Assembly: GCA_002269645.1 (NCBI GenBank)
Contig: NIVC01000427.1
Span: 1 to 64,000 of the forward strand
Length of the DNA stretch: 64,000 bases
DNA from: Macrostomum lignano
Taxonomy: Eukaryota
Reading direction: 5' to 3'
Both the position numbers and the translations under genes were made by a program. A model generated the notes under the pieces. It worked only from the letters and a program-made list of their open reading frames with translations, ran no database searches and had not been told where the DNA came from. How positions within the stretch are numbered: the stretch's first letter is position 1; each line of letters opens with the position of its first letter. Shown here piece after piece: positions 1-12,928 of this stretch.

Positions 1-97
1 CGACAACCCTCTCATCAATACAGTAAACTTAGGCTACTGTACATAGGCCATAGACAACGCATCGATTGACAACCCCACTTTCGCGCCCAAATCGCAG

Positions 98-3000
98 CGA
101 GTGCAAGATCATCAAGGATATGCACACCCAGAAGCCAAAAGGCTACGGTTTCGTGGCCTACGCCAACAGGGAGAAGCGGAGGAGGCGATGCAGAAGATGA
201 ACGGCCAGCTGCTGGGCTCGAGAACCATCCGGACCAACTGGGCAGTCAGGAAGCCACCGCAGCCTCCAGGTTTGACTTCTTGATTGTCTTGAACTTTTAA
301 AGCGTAGTTGACTATTCGCTTAGGAGTAAAATTCCATCTAATAAGTAGCTTCATAACAGCATTTAAAATCGGTTTCAATTTGTTTACTTAGCTTTTAAAC
401 GACAATTTCCTATTTGCCTCTCTGCTGCGCGTTGAATTTGCTTTAAAAAAGCAGAAAAAAGCAATTTCGGTAATTAAATTGAAATTTTTCCATCAACATT
501 CTATTTTGCGATTTTTAAAAGCCGGATGTAATCAGGGCAGAGAGCATAAATGCTGCATTTTAATTTAACACTTTCAAGAGTTGGTCCGCGAGGACCGACT
601 GCGGCAAAGTTTGCTATAATGGTTGAAATTACTTTGATAAGGGCGACGCGGCATAAAATTAAAAATATGTTAATGAGCTTCGGTAGATAAGCTAAGGGTA
701 GCTAAGCGGGGGCAATGAGGAATGAGGATTGGTAAGTGAAGTTTTGCCGTTGCCGCTGAGCGCCGCGGTTGTGCCCCCCCCCCCCCCTAATTTATGCCGG
801 AGCTGCTGCTATCCCACCAGCGGCACTTAATATGGCGCCAGCGCTTAGCCCAGATAGATATGTATATATAAATGTATATAATCCAATACGTAATAAGTAC
901 GCACTTGGCGCACTGGTATGCATATGTATAGATATAATATAGTGAGAGCCAAATCGATGGCCAGAATTCAGGCAATCAGAGAGTCCGCAGAAGCAGGCAG
1001 GGGAGAGCGGCCTGGGATTGAAGAGATCGAGAAATGAAATAGGAGGATGAGATGGGAGGGCGGCTTGGCGGTGGCCAGGAAGATAACCCCCCCCCAGCGC
1101 AGTGTAAATTGGGGGTAGGAGGCGGCCGAGTTCTGGGAGGAATCTCTTCTTGAGAAAAGCACTGGCCAAATTTGCAGCAGCAGGAGCTGGAGAAGAAGTC
1201 AAAAAAGTGCAGAGCGCTCCAGTTGAAGTCCGGAAGAGTTCTATACAATGATTATTGGCGATCGATGCTGATCACGCATGCTTGTTTCATGGACAACTCA
1301 AATAGAAAGATGCAGAATGCATTTAGCGCAATCGAAATAAGAAGTATTTTCCTTTTGACTTCTGCAGCTTTAAGCTGCTGTAGCGATAATATTAATATTA
1401 ATAATAATTAATTACACCTGCCCCAATTGGGCAACCGACAGCTCAGCCGCAGCTATTGCGCGGCGCATCTGAAGGCTGCGTACGGCTGTTCAGTCCAAGG
1501 ACTGGGGGGTCGCCACACACCCTCAATTACCCCAGCTGGCACCCATTTTACAGCTGGGTGAACTGAAGCAATGCAGAGTTAAGTGTCTTGCTCAAGGACA
1601 CAAACTGTTCCGAGTGGGTCGGGAATCGAACCCCCAACCTTTTAATCGTTGAGTCCGACGCTCTATCCACTAGGCTACAGCCCCTCATTGTTATAGTGAT
1701 GCTACAGCAATGGCGTGGCTACGGATCCCGGGATCATAAATTGCTTTAATAGCTTTCAGGCCATCGCATTCTAATCTCATTAACATCCCTTAGTTGCGTT
1801 TCAACTATCTTTGGCTATAGAGTGGGGTTTTTGATTGCATAGAGCTGCTGGATGAGGTGACAATGGACAAAAACAAATTTTCTGCTTTCGCTGAGTGATA
1901 TTGCCTGGGCATAGAGGTGGCACCTATGCAGGGCAACGTCGAAAATGGTGCAATAGAGAAATTTTGTTAAAAAAACATAATCAAGCCTCATCATCCTTAT
2001 CTTCACTTCAGCATCAGCCTCTCTCTCTCTCCTAATGGAACTCTTGTTCCCCGACTTTCCATGCAGAATGAGAGGCGCCCACAATAGCGCGTGTCTCAAT
2101 GTCCCGCCCTCCTCCACAACACTGTTTTTCCATTCAAAGCCCATTTTCCCCATAAAGCTATAGAAAGAATGATGAAAGCTGTATATGGTTGGAGGTGAAG
2201 GGTGAGTTGAGGGTGAAAGGAGGGCAGAACTCTTGTTAGTATCCTGTCTGAGAAGGGAACGCAAGGCACCTCTCTCACTCTGTCACTCTCTAAATATCAG
2301 AAGAATGTTGCATTCCATACCATATAGGGTCTTTCTCCCCCCCCCCTGGCTATCTCTCCACCTCTCTGCAGCAGCGCTAGAAGCAGCAGCAGCAGCAGCA
2401 GCAGAGTTGAACGCATTGCATGACAATGGATCGCTGCTATACAGCTTGGCCCTGTCGTGGTCCAACCCAAAACTCATCCCTCCGCTTTTTTACCCCCCCC
2501 CCCAGCACCGACCTACACCAGAGGGATGGGAGGAGCAGCCGCCTGGAGGCAAAAAAGGAAACAAGAAATCGATAAAAATGATGGCGTAGGAAGCGGAAAG
2601 AGAGGGGGGAGGGCATGCATACGGGGAGCAGAAGTGGCGGCTCACAATGAGGTGCTTGTGCGGTGGCCTGAGTTATTACAGACAGAGCTGAGCTGAGATG
2701 ATCAGGCCAGACTTCTAAGCACGCCCGTCATCGGTCTCTGTCTCTCCGCTCTTCTCTTTTCAATCTAATTTTTGTCCCTCCTGTTTGTCTCCTGGTGCTC
2801 AGGGGTTAGCAAAGTTGGTGCAGCGCCAACGCAACAGCCAACGGCATTGGGAGCGCATCCAAGCGTGTCAATACTGTCCGCAGGCACGCACTCACACACA
2901 CGCTCACACAGGGTGTACAGCAGCCCTGACTTTCTACAGGCAACCGTAGCTACCTGCCAGGGTGCTGACTGCTGACCAACTGTCACGCCAGAAGAGTATA

Positions 3001-6000
3001 GTGGATGTACTGGTGTATAAACACAGTTGTACTCGGATAATACCAAGAAACCGAGGCTCTTCCACCACGAGCCGAGCTCTCTATCGGAGCCAGGAAATGC
3101 TGAGAGGTTGGGAGGCGTACTGTTCGTGACTGCAATTTTCTGAGATACAATATAGACGGAGCATCATTGTGCAAACATCGCACAAGTTGTTGCCTAGATC
3201 TGTCTTCTCAGATGCCCCTCTCTCTGACTCTGACTCTGACTCTGACTCTGTCTTTCTTTCAGGCGAATTGAGCTCAGCTGACACATCTAATACGAGTTGG
3301 GGCCGAGCTTTCATAGGCTAGCCATCGATACCTGGACTCTAATAATGATAAATAATTGATCACACCTGCCCGCATCTGAAAGCTGCGTACGGCTGTTCAG
3401 TCCAAAGACTGGGGGGTCGCCACACAGCCTCAATTACTCCAGCTAATGCTGGAACCCATTTTACAGCTGGGTGAACTGAAGCAGTGCAGAGTTAAGTGTC
3501 TTGCTCAAGGACACAAATTGTTCCGAGTGGGTCGGGAATCGAACCCCCGACACTCTAACTACTAGGCTTCAATCCATATCGACGGTCTCTTACAGCGAAG
3601 ACTCTGGACTCTGCTATCTATTGGAAATCTCTCGCACAAAAAATAAACTCCATCAGAAAGAGGAACAATTGAGTCAGGGAGGAGTGTTGTGGAGCTGTTT
3701 GAAGCTGCTCTGAGAGCGGACCGATGATGCGGCACCGACGCCCCCCGTCCATTTGCGTTTGCGCATGAAATATGAATGCCGCTTGGTGGCCTCACCTTGA
3801 GCAGCAGCTCTGGCAGTATAATAGCCGCCACTGAGTCTGCCGGGCTCAGCCACCTGCTCAGCTGTGGGAGCAGCGCAGAGCAAAGCGGCACCGGCAGCTG
3901 CATAAAACATGACCTGTCAGTTGCTGACAAAAGCCCAGCCTCAGCCTCCGCCATCGCTGGCGCTGCGCCTCACCTGGGAAGGGCAAGGAGGAGGGGGAAG
4001 GGCAGCAGTCCGCAGTCTAAGCCCAAATCCCTCTAATCCAAATCTTCTCCATCCGCTCTCTCTCTCTCTCGCTCCATACTCTGCGGTGCTCATGCTCAAC
4101 AATGAGATGCCCCTGACAGCGACTGCTGTTAAACAGGCGTGCTGGCGGTCCCGTCGCGAGGGCGCAGACTCACTCTGCACACTTTAGTCATTTATGTATG
4201 CCAAAATTCTGTCCGCCTCCGCATGCAGCGTGACTCACGTGATACGCTGTGGAGTGCGAGAATGGGGCTACCAGCTGGCTGCGTGAAGGAGAGAAAAACG
4301 ATGGTTGAAGAAGTTGCACGGCACGGTGAGAGGAGAGGAGACTGGGGCCTCCATCCGCATACACATCTGCTTCCCCCGTACCCTCCGCTTCTCAGCGCTC
4401 ACTTCCGGTGTTCCAGGCGACTCCCGCAAAGTGTGTGAATTCACTTAGCCATTCTTTGCCCCTGCCCAGCGACTTCTCTCTCCTACCTCTCTTGCAGAGA
4501 CACGGCTATAGGGGTGTACAAGTGCATGCGAAATACATGACTGCTTTTTAGTAGAACTTCTGATGCATGCACTTCTGGATGATTGACATTGCACTGTGGG
4601 CAAAGAGGGCGAAATTAAAGGCGAATTGAAACATCCGGGGCCATGGCGGCACGGCACCACTGAAGACATTGAGGCGGCAGCAGCAGTGACAGACACTGAA
4701 GGATCATGAGGACATTGAGGTGGCAGCAGCAGTGACAGACACTGGAGGATCATGAGGACATTGAGGCGGCAGCAGCAGTGACAGACACTGGAGGATCATG
4801 AGGACATTGAGGCGGCAGCAGCAGTGACAGACACTGGAGGATCATGAGGACATTGAGGCGGCAGCAGCAGTGACAGACACTGAAGGATCATGAGGACATT
4901 GAGGTGGCAGCAGCAGTGACAGACACTGAAGGATCATGAGGACATTGAGGTGGCAGCAGCAGTGACAGACACTGAAGGATCATGAGGACATTGAGGTGGC
5001 AGCAGCAGTGACAGACACTGAAGGATCATGAGGACATTGAGGTGGCAGCAGCAGTGACAGACACTGAAGGATCATGAGGACATTGAGGTGGCAGCAGCAG
5101 TGACAGACACTGAAGGATCATGAGGACATTGAGGTGGCAGCAGCAGTGACAGACACTGGAGGATCATGAGGACATTGAGGTGGCAGCAGCAGTGACAGAC
5201 ACTGGAGGATCATGAGGACATTGAGGCGGCAGCAGCAGTGACAGACACTGAAGGATCATGAGGACATTGAGGTGGCAGCAGCAGTGACAGACACTGAAGG
5301 ATCATGAGGACATTGAGGTGGCAGCAGCAGTGACAGACACTGAAGGATCATGAGGACATTGAGGTGGCAGCAGCAGTGACAGACACTGAAGGATCATGAG
5401 GACATTGAGGTGGCAGCAGCAGTGACAGACACTGAAGGATCATGAGGACATTGAGGTGGCAGCAGCAGTGACAGACACTGGAGGATCATGAGGACATTGA
5501 GGCGGCAGCAGCAGTGACAGACACTGGAGGATCATGAGGACATTGAGGCGGCAGCAGCAGTGACAGACACTGGAGGATCATGAGGACATTGAGGTGGCAG
5601 CAGCAGTGACAGACACTGGAGGATCATGAGGACATTGAGGCGGCAGCAGCAGTGACAGACACTGGAGGATCATGAGGACATTGAGGTGGCAGCAGCAGTG
5701 ACAGACACTGGAGGATCATGAGGACATTGAGGTGGCAATCACAACCCCCTTCGGACAGCCACTAGTCAACAAGTGCCTGTCGATGGAGGCACGCCTGCAG
5801 GGGGGGGGCTGTCTCCCGCCCGGCACAAGTCAATTAAATTACGTAGACAGCCAGCGCTGCCCTGCAGAGTAAAAAAAGTAAAAAAAACTTGCTTGCAGAG
5901 ATCAGCCCAATATCGATACTTATTGATCGGCCGGACAGGGACTCCGCCACTGCACCAGTCTGCATAGGAGACTTTGAGTGACGCGTGTCCCTCCTCCCCT

Positions 6001-9000
6001 CCTCTCCCCTCCTTGTTTCTCCTCTTTTTTCAACTCCGATCCTCTCGCTCTCCGCATTCTCGACTCGGAATCTGCGCAACACACCCGAACTCAAGCCAGA
6101 GGCTATGGATGAATCCTGTTAAAGCGGTTTAGCACCGCGCGCTGGGATCTCTGGCTGGCTGCTGGTTCTTTTGTTAAAGAAAATTGGAGAATCCCAGCTC
6201 ACAATGGGAACGCTGGCCCGCCCGCCTCAGCCTCATCTCAGGCCAGAATTCTGAGGGAATTGAATCGGAGCACCTCAGGTGGAGAACTAATGAAGAGACC
6301 CAGTGGATTCAGCCAGACTCTGAAGAGGATATCCTGCCCTGACGGATCCCATTCCAACACTGATGAGGCCCCACCTGCGTGGAGACTGACTTTTTTAAAA
6401 AGGATCAGGCCGACGAAGCAGTCAGAGAGGGAGAGAAGGAGCCGTTTCCGGCTGGGAGTTCTCAATTTTGAGCGCACTGGTGGCGGGCATTGTTGGCGCG
6501 GCTCACGCAGTCTACACAGTGTATTCCAAGTGTTCTAACCAAATTTCAGTTGGAAACTGTAAAATTTTTTCAAAATTGCAGCCGATCAGAAACCGCTGAA
6601 CTACGATGAAGTTGCTCAGGCAGCTTCCAACTCAAACTGCACTGTCTACGTTGGCGGCATCACGCGTGGGCTGTGCGGTGAGTCCCAATTTGATACCTAA
6701 ACTGATGCTGATCGATCCCGAACCCAATCCTGATCGATCCAAAACCCACTCTGATTGATCCCGAATCCAATCCTAATCGATCCCAAACCCAATCCTGATC
6801 GATCCCGAACCCAATCCTGATCGATCCAAAACCCACTCTGATTGATCCCGAACCCAATCCTAATCGATCCCAAACCCAATCCTGGTCGATCCCAAAACCA
6901 ATCTTCATCAATCCCAAAACCCACTCTGATTGATCCCAAACCTAATCCTGATCGATCCCAAAAACCATCCTGATCGATCCCAAAACCCATCCTGATATAT
7001 CCCAAAACCCACCCATGATCCCAAAACCCACTCTGATTGATCCCAAACCTAATCCTGATCGATCCCAAAAACCATCCTGATCGATCCCAAAACCCATCCT
7101 GATATATCCCAAAACCCACCCATGATCCCAAAACCCACTCTGATTGATCCCGAACCCCATCCTGATCGATCCAAAAACCTAATTCTGATCGATCCCAAAC
7201 CCCATTCTGATCAATCCCAAAAAAAACAGAATTCTTATTGATCCTATATTCCTATCACTTGCAGAGGAGCTGCTCAGAGAAGCATTCAAAGACTTCGGCG
7301 AGATCCTTGAAGTCCGCGTGTTCAAAGAGAAGGGCTACGCCTTTGTCCGCTTCGACACGCACGAGGGCGCAACCAAGGCCATCATCACCATGCACGGCAA
7401 GGATGTCGGCGGCCAGCCCTGCAAGTGCTCCTGGGGCAAGGAGAGCAACGACAAGGAGAATGCCGCGGTGAGTCACTGAGACATTCTGGCACAGTCACTG
7501 ATAGCCAATTGTCCGGCACAGTCACTGATAGCCAATTGTCCGGCACAGTCACTGATAGCCAATTGTCCGGCACAGTCACTGATAGCCAATTGTCCGGCAC
7601 AGTCACTGATAGCCAAGTTTGTGGCGCAGTCACTGATAGTATAGCCAAGTCTCTGGCACAGCCACTGATAGCCAGTCTCTGGCACAGTCACTGATAGCCA
7701 ATTGTCCGGCACAGCCACTGATAGCCAGTCTCTGGCACAGTCACTGATAGCCAATTGTCCGGCACAGCCACTGATAGCCAGTCTCTGGCACAGTCACTGA
7801 TAGCCAATTGTCTGGCACAGTCGCTGATAGCCAAATGTCTGGCACAGTCACTGATAGCCAATTGTCTGGCACAGTCACTGATAGCCAATTGTCTGGCACA
7901 GTCACTGATAGCCAATTGTCTGGCACAGTCACTGATAGCCAATTGTCTCGCACAGTCACTGATAGCCAATTGTCTGACACAGTCACTGATAGACAAGTCT
8001 CTGGCACAGTCACTGATAGCCAATTGTCCGGCACAGTCACTGATAGCCAATTGTCTGGCACAGTCACTGATAGCCAATTTGTCTGGCACAGTCACTGATA
8101 GCCAATTGTCTCGCACAGTCACTGATAGACAAGTCTCTGGCACAGTCACTGATAGCCAATTGTCTGGCACAGTCACTGATAGCCAAGTTTGTGTAACAGT
8201 CACTGATAGCCAGTCGCTGGCACAGTCACTGACTGATAGCCAATTGTCTGGCACAGTCACTGATAGCCAAGTTTGTGGCACAGTCACTGATAGCCAAGTC
8301 TCTGGCACAGTCACTGATAGCCAATTTTGTGGCGCAGTCACTGATAGCCAGTCTCTGGCACAGTCACTGATAGCCAGTCTCTGGCACAGTCACTGATAGC
8401 CAAGTTTGTGCCCGAGCACATGAAACCCTGACTGCCCCGAACAAGGCTCAAGCTGACCTCACCTGCGTGAGAAGCGCCACACCAGCAAGGCTTCCGTCAA
8501 TAAATCAGCGATTCACAGGCCACCCCGCCAGCTGCAACGAAAGGATGCGGAACGGAAAATCCCGGGAACCAGCCAGGGAAATCAGCTTGGCGTGACTGTG
8601 GGATCATCCGCGTGCAGCCTTACTGCAGCAAACATTCGGGAATGAAAGAGCATTGTTGCTTGTTCACGGTTCAGGACACCACAAAAGCAACAGATATCCG
8701 GGTTAGGGCAGCTGACAATTGGTTTAGACTTGGCCCTCTACCACCAAGCCAATTATTTTAATTAAATTGAACCCAATGAAAGAATCAATCAATATAGATT
8801 AATAACTAACTGTTTTATTTTCTATATTTTTTATGCAGGCTCTAATGACGCCATACGGTTACTACGCGGCGACGGCTGGCGCCACGGCGGCCAGCCCGCT
8901 GGCTTACCAGGCCTACAACCAGCTCAGCTACCTGCAGCAGCCAATCAACTACGCTAATTATGCGTCCGCAGCTGCCGCCGCCGCTGCTGCCTCCTCCGCT

Positions 9001-9688
9001 TATCAAGGTGGAGCCGCCCTCGCGTCTCGGCCATAGACAGTCAGGGTGCATGGAGCTGCGTGATTGGCGCAGGTGGGGGTCTCGGCAATGGTCTCGGCCA
9101 TAGAAAGTGTGTCAGGGTACGTGGGGGCTGCGTGAATGGGGCAGGTGGGGTCTCGGCCATAGACAGTGTGTCAGGGTGCGTGAAGCTGCGTGAATGGCAC
9201 AGGTCTCGGCCATAGACAGTGTGTCAGGGTGCGTGAAGCTGCGTGAATGGCACAGGTCTCGGCCATAGACAGTGTGTCAGGGTACGTGGGGCTGCGTGAA
9301 TGGTGCAGGTCTCGGCCATAGACAGTGTGTCAGGGTGCATGGGGCTGCATGAATGGTGCAGGTGGGGGTCTCGGCCATAGACAGTGTGTCAGGGTGCATG
9401 GGGCTGCATGAATGGTGCAGGTGGGAGTCTCGGCCATGGACAGTATCAGGTGAAGGCACACAGGTTCGCTCATAGACACTGAACAGCCAATTCCAATGTT
9501 ATAAATATAAATAATTCGCCCCCCCCTCCACAACCCGCAGCGGCGGCCTGCTCAACGGTTTCGGCGCCGCCGGAGGCAACCCGGCTGCAGCAGCCGCGGC
9601 TGCCGCTGCTCAACTGGCCGCGGCCAGCCACGCCGCCGCGTTCGGCACCCCGACATCGGCAGCTGTGAGCTTCCAGCAGGCCCACTGA
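98..9688 (+). CDS. TIA1: TIA1/TIAR-like RNA-binding protein (RRM2 second half, RRM3, Ala/Gln/Tyr-rich tail); 5' part lies outside the window; apparent 1-bp frameshift at about 171-175
   Basis: Hand-spliced exons with GT-AG ends: 98-269 ([21 protein letters not shown]...[24 protein letters not shown]), 6582-6677 ([31 protein letters not shown]), 7265-7467 ([60 protein letters not shown]), 8839 to about 9023, and 9541-9688. IRTNWAxRKPP, NCTVYxGG and KCxWGKE are TIA1-family hallmarks. The last junction is uncertain. Confidence 0.9.
1414..1680 (-). mobile_element. tRNA-derived CORE-type SINE, near full length
   Basis: The minus strand reads a tRNA-like head (TAGCCTAGTGG A-box; GGTTCGATTCCC B-box), then GTGTCCTTGAGCAAGACACTTAACTC...CAGCTGTAAAATGGG, which resembles the MIR/CORE domain, then a unique tail and an AT-rich (TAA-like) end. 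Further copies are at 3362 and 11249. Confidence 0.8.
3362..3568 (-). mobile_element. CORE-type SINE copy with internal deletion and degraded head
   Basis: Near-identical to 1414-1680 over the CORE region; it lacks the segment between CACCTGCCC and GCATCTGAA. Confidence 0.8.
4664..5737. repeat. 46-bp minisatellite, about 23 copies
   Basis: Unit GAGGACATTGAGG(C/T)GGCAGCAGCAGTGACAGACACTG(A/G)AGGATCAT; in TIA1 intron 270-6581. Confidence 0.97.
6705..7220. repeat. Degenerate ~22-bp minisatellite
   Basis: GATCCC(G/A)AACCCAATCCTGATC-like units fill most of TIA1 intron 6678-7264. Confidence 0.9.
7476..8405. repeat. 27-bp minisatellite, about 34 copies
   Basis: Unit GTCACTGATAGCCAATTGTC(C/T)GGCACA starts a few bases after the GTGAGT donor at 7468. 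Confidence 0.96.
9024..9450. repeat. 53/59-bp minisatellite, about 8 copies
   Basis: Unit GTCTCGGCCATAGACAGTGTGTCAGGGTGCGTGAAGCTGCGTGAATGGCACAG (period 53 between 9203 and 9256). Confidence 0.9.
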
Positions 9689-11248
9689 CCAGACCCCAAC
9701 TGATTTCCCATGCCTTGTTAGCCGACTGGTTGGCCATGACTGTTGGAGAGTCCCATTTTATTGAGCAACAGTCAAGCACGACTGCTCACGCTTTTGTAAC
9801 TGGTATTAACCCGCAATGCGCACCCTTACGCCCTTAAAATCCTCCCAGCACAAAAATCCAAACTTGTCCTGTTTTAAACTGCTGCATCGTCGTGAGGATA
9901 GCATTAAAATATTTATAATAAAGGACACCACGAACTCTGGTGTGATTTGTGCTGCTTTCGTGTTTTTCTACTTTGTGATTTTTGTACCCGATTGTAATTT
10001 TGACGCTGTGCACATGCCGCCTCCCCTTGACTCTCTCTCTCTCTCTCTCTCCCAGCTGTTCTTGTCAATTGTTTATGAGCACACCTTGAGCACGAGATTA
10101 ATGCATTGTGATTTAAGCTTCTGTAGCTGTCGTATTTTGCCTATCTGCGCTGAACAAGAATTGGCTGACTGCAAAATATTCCTCAGATCCTGTTGAATGA
10201 GACTTTATGTTAACAAATATTGTTCAGCCAATTCTTGTTTTATTAATTTTGTTTCGAGTTTACCACTCGCTCGCTCTTAGATGTAAAAAAAAACTAATTA
10301 AATCTAATTCATGATCTGACTTTTTGGCACGCAACACAGAAAATCAGTTTAAAAAAAGCACTTCTAGCTACTCATAGTAATTTTATCCGAACGCAACGAA
10401 AAGCAGCCAGCCCCGTTCTGCACCGCACAAATGCATGCTTGCCATGTAAGAAGTAACAGGCATTGTGTTAACATTTGCTCAACTTGACAGCTGCTTTAAC
10501 CCTTCATCATCCATTCTGGCCCCTGTCCATGTTTAAGCTCGCATCGAGCTTTGTATAACTTGCTTATCAATATAATTATTATACAATTAAGATCCTTAAT
10601 CAAACCTGGATTTAGCAAGTTGAATTCTGAACCCCCAACGCGCTCTCGTTCAATGTAACCCGATATGGCACTGCTGCTCTGTTTGTGCGGATACGAGTCG
10701 AGTACTTCGTATACGTAGTTATCAACTATTTACCATAATAATGCATGTTAAACTGTTTTTTTAAACATACTCAGCGTAATTTCCATGCTTTTCGCGTTTT
10801 CCCGCAAAAATGCTGTTTAACGACAGATCCCCAAGAGAGAGAGAGAACCTAGCCACTCCAATTAACCCACGCATCGAACTGCCAACTGAAAACACACACG
10901 ATTTTTTCGTGTTTAGTACCCACGCAAATGCTAATTTTTGCTAAGATTGCTTAGTTATTAATATTAAAAATGCTATGATAAAAACACACGCTTCACACAC
11001 GGCAAGAACTTGCATTGCTTCTGCGCACTCTGCAGCTGGCGATTTTTGACCGATTTTTTTAGCAGTGTCTACTGGCCCGACTCTAGAGGCGCAGAAGCAC
11101 AAAGTAGACAAATATATATATATACATGTATAACTGCATGATAATAAAAAATGTCAAACTGTCTCTTTTTGTCGAATCGAAAACGTTATTTGCACGGTTG
11201 TTTTGTTAGTAGTTTTAGTATTTTATATACTGCAGATTGTGGTACAGC

Positions 11249-11578
11249 GGTTGTAGCCTAGTGGTTAGACCGTCGGACTCGCGACTGAAAGGTCGGGGGG
11301 GGGGCTTCGATTCTCGACCCAATGGGCAGGTGTGCAACCGACAGCTCAGCCGCAGCTATTGCGCCTTGCGTGGCGCATCTTAAGGCTGCGTACGGCTGTT
11401 CAGTCCAAGGACTGGGTGGGGGGGGGGGTTTGCCACACAACCTCAACTAAATGCTGGTACCCATTTTACAGCTGGAGTAAGTGTCTTGCTCAAGGACACA
11501 AATTGTTCCGATTGGGTCGAGAATCGAACCCCCGACCTTTCAGTCGCAAGTCCGACGCTCTAACCACTACGCTAGAAC
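11249..11578. mobile_element. Composite of two CORE-SINE copies joined tail to tail
   Basis: A + strand tRNA-like head (11249-11322) is fused to the SINE 3' end GGGCAGGTGT and is followed directly by a - strand copy (about 11331-11578). Confidence 0.8.
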
Positions 11579-11623
11579 CACTTATATTAACAATTATATA
11601 CTCGTAGAAGTGATTGTTGGAAA

Positions 11624-11690
11624 CGAAGCGGAGCGGTACCAAGTCTATTCTCAAACTAAAGTTCCGCGGGTTCGATTCCGCACGCGGTCA
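11624..11690 (+). mobile_element. Possible second tRNA-derived SINE head
   Basis: A-box-like GCGGAGCGG and B-box GGGTTCGATTCC (11668-11679); no cloverleaf and no second copy in the window. Confidence 0.3.
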
Positions 11691-12928
11691 CACAATGAAC
11701 TTGGCATTTGTGAACTTGTGGCATTATCGCTAATCCCACCATCAAGGGACCACTGAAGACATAAATGTACAACCTGTGAGCGCGTGCCTGCGCAGTATTC
11801 CGTGTGTCCGTCTGCGTGCTCAGCTTGGCTGATGTGAATTTTACGCATCAATTTTAGCCGATATGTATCGAATTTAACTTTACAAGGCATAATTGAAAGA
11901 GTCAACTATTAACAGAAACAAACAGATTTAAATATTTGCAAACAAGAGAAAATAAACAAAATAAGTATATTATTGAATATTTTATGCTAAATTGAGCAGA
12001 AAATTGGGATCATTTTGGCATATTCAATTGATTTTTAAGACAGGCAGCGTCAAAGATCAGTGAACCCTTCTTGAACTGGCAGCGTGCATTGACATTGAAC
12101 TCTTAAACACATTAAACCAGTGAGACGAAGTCAAGGCTGTTGGCACGAGAGGCGCAGGTTCGAGCCTGGCCCTATTGTACGAGTATTCGAGCGTATTTAT
12201 TAACTTTAATTTACCGGACTTGAAAGCCAAATAAAACCTTGGAGACTTAAAAGCGAGAAAAAAAATCAATACGCGCTTGGCGGGTCAGCGACAGCCCGCA
12301 CCGTATTAAATAAACGCCACCCAGGCCGCGGGCACGTGACCAAGGCCCGGCCCACCACCCCCCGCACTAACGCACAAGAGCCACGCCCCACTGGTTTAAC
12401 ACCCAACCAAGCTACGCCCGGTCGGACCATTAAAGACTCAGATTCTAACGCCACCACCTAGACATCTAATAACAAGGGCGCAGACATGCTTTTAATGACT
12501 ATCCATGAGTCTATGCAGTGGTAGTTTCTATGCATGTTGCGACCATTTTGACAGATTAATTTAATCGTAATGAGAGCAGTCCAGATACCGCCTATCAATA
12601 ATTCAACATAAGATATTTGACTGTATCTGAAAATATGATATGAAAATACATTCTCAGCGACAAATTCAAAAGAAGCTAAATTATTTTTTTCCGTAACCGT
12701 ACCGTAGTTTTATAGAGTTCCCCGAAGGGGGCACAATGGCTAGTCCATATGACTAAATATAATTGTACTTTGAAAACACAAAAGACAAATCTGACATTCA
12801 AAAGATTTGAGTAATTATGGCAGTGTCATAAATGTTTAGGCAATACATTTTTATGTATTTTCTAAATTCATGTACAGCTACACTTCAATGTCGCCGACTA
12901 CATATTACTAACAGTAGCTTGTAGTCTA

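Noticed and set aside
1600-1680. tRNA genes here and at 11249 and 11510
   Set aside because: A and B boxes are present but no proper cloverleaf, and they are attached to a SINE body.
788-6540. GC-rich unique stretches and 60-150-aa ORFs in TIA1 intron 1 (also 45180-48100 and 54250-61200)
   Set aside because: No recognisable domain motifs or coherent exon chains; possibly decayed retroelements, but I cannot support a call without a profile search.
7385-8396. Long repetitive ORFs ([18 protein letters not shown] etc.) as mucin- or antifreeze-like proteins
   Set aside because: They are open in several frames on both strands because the 27-bp unit lacks stops, and they lie inside a TIA1 intron defined by conserved exons.
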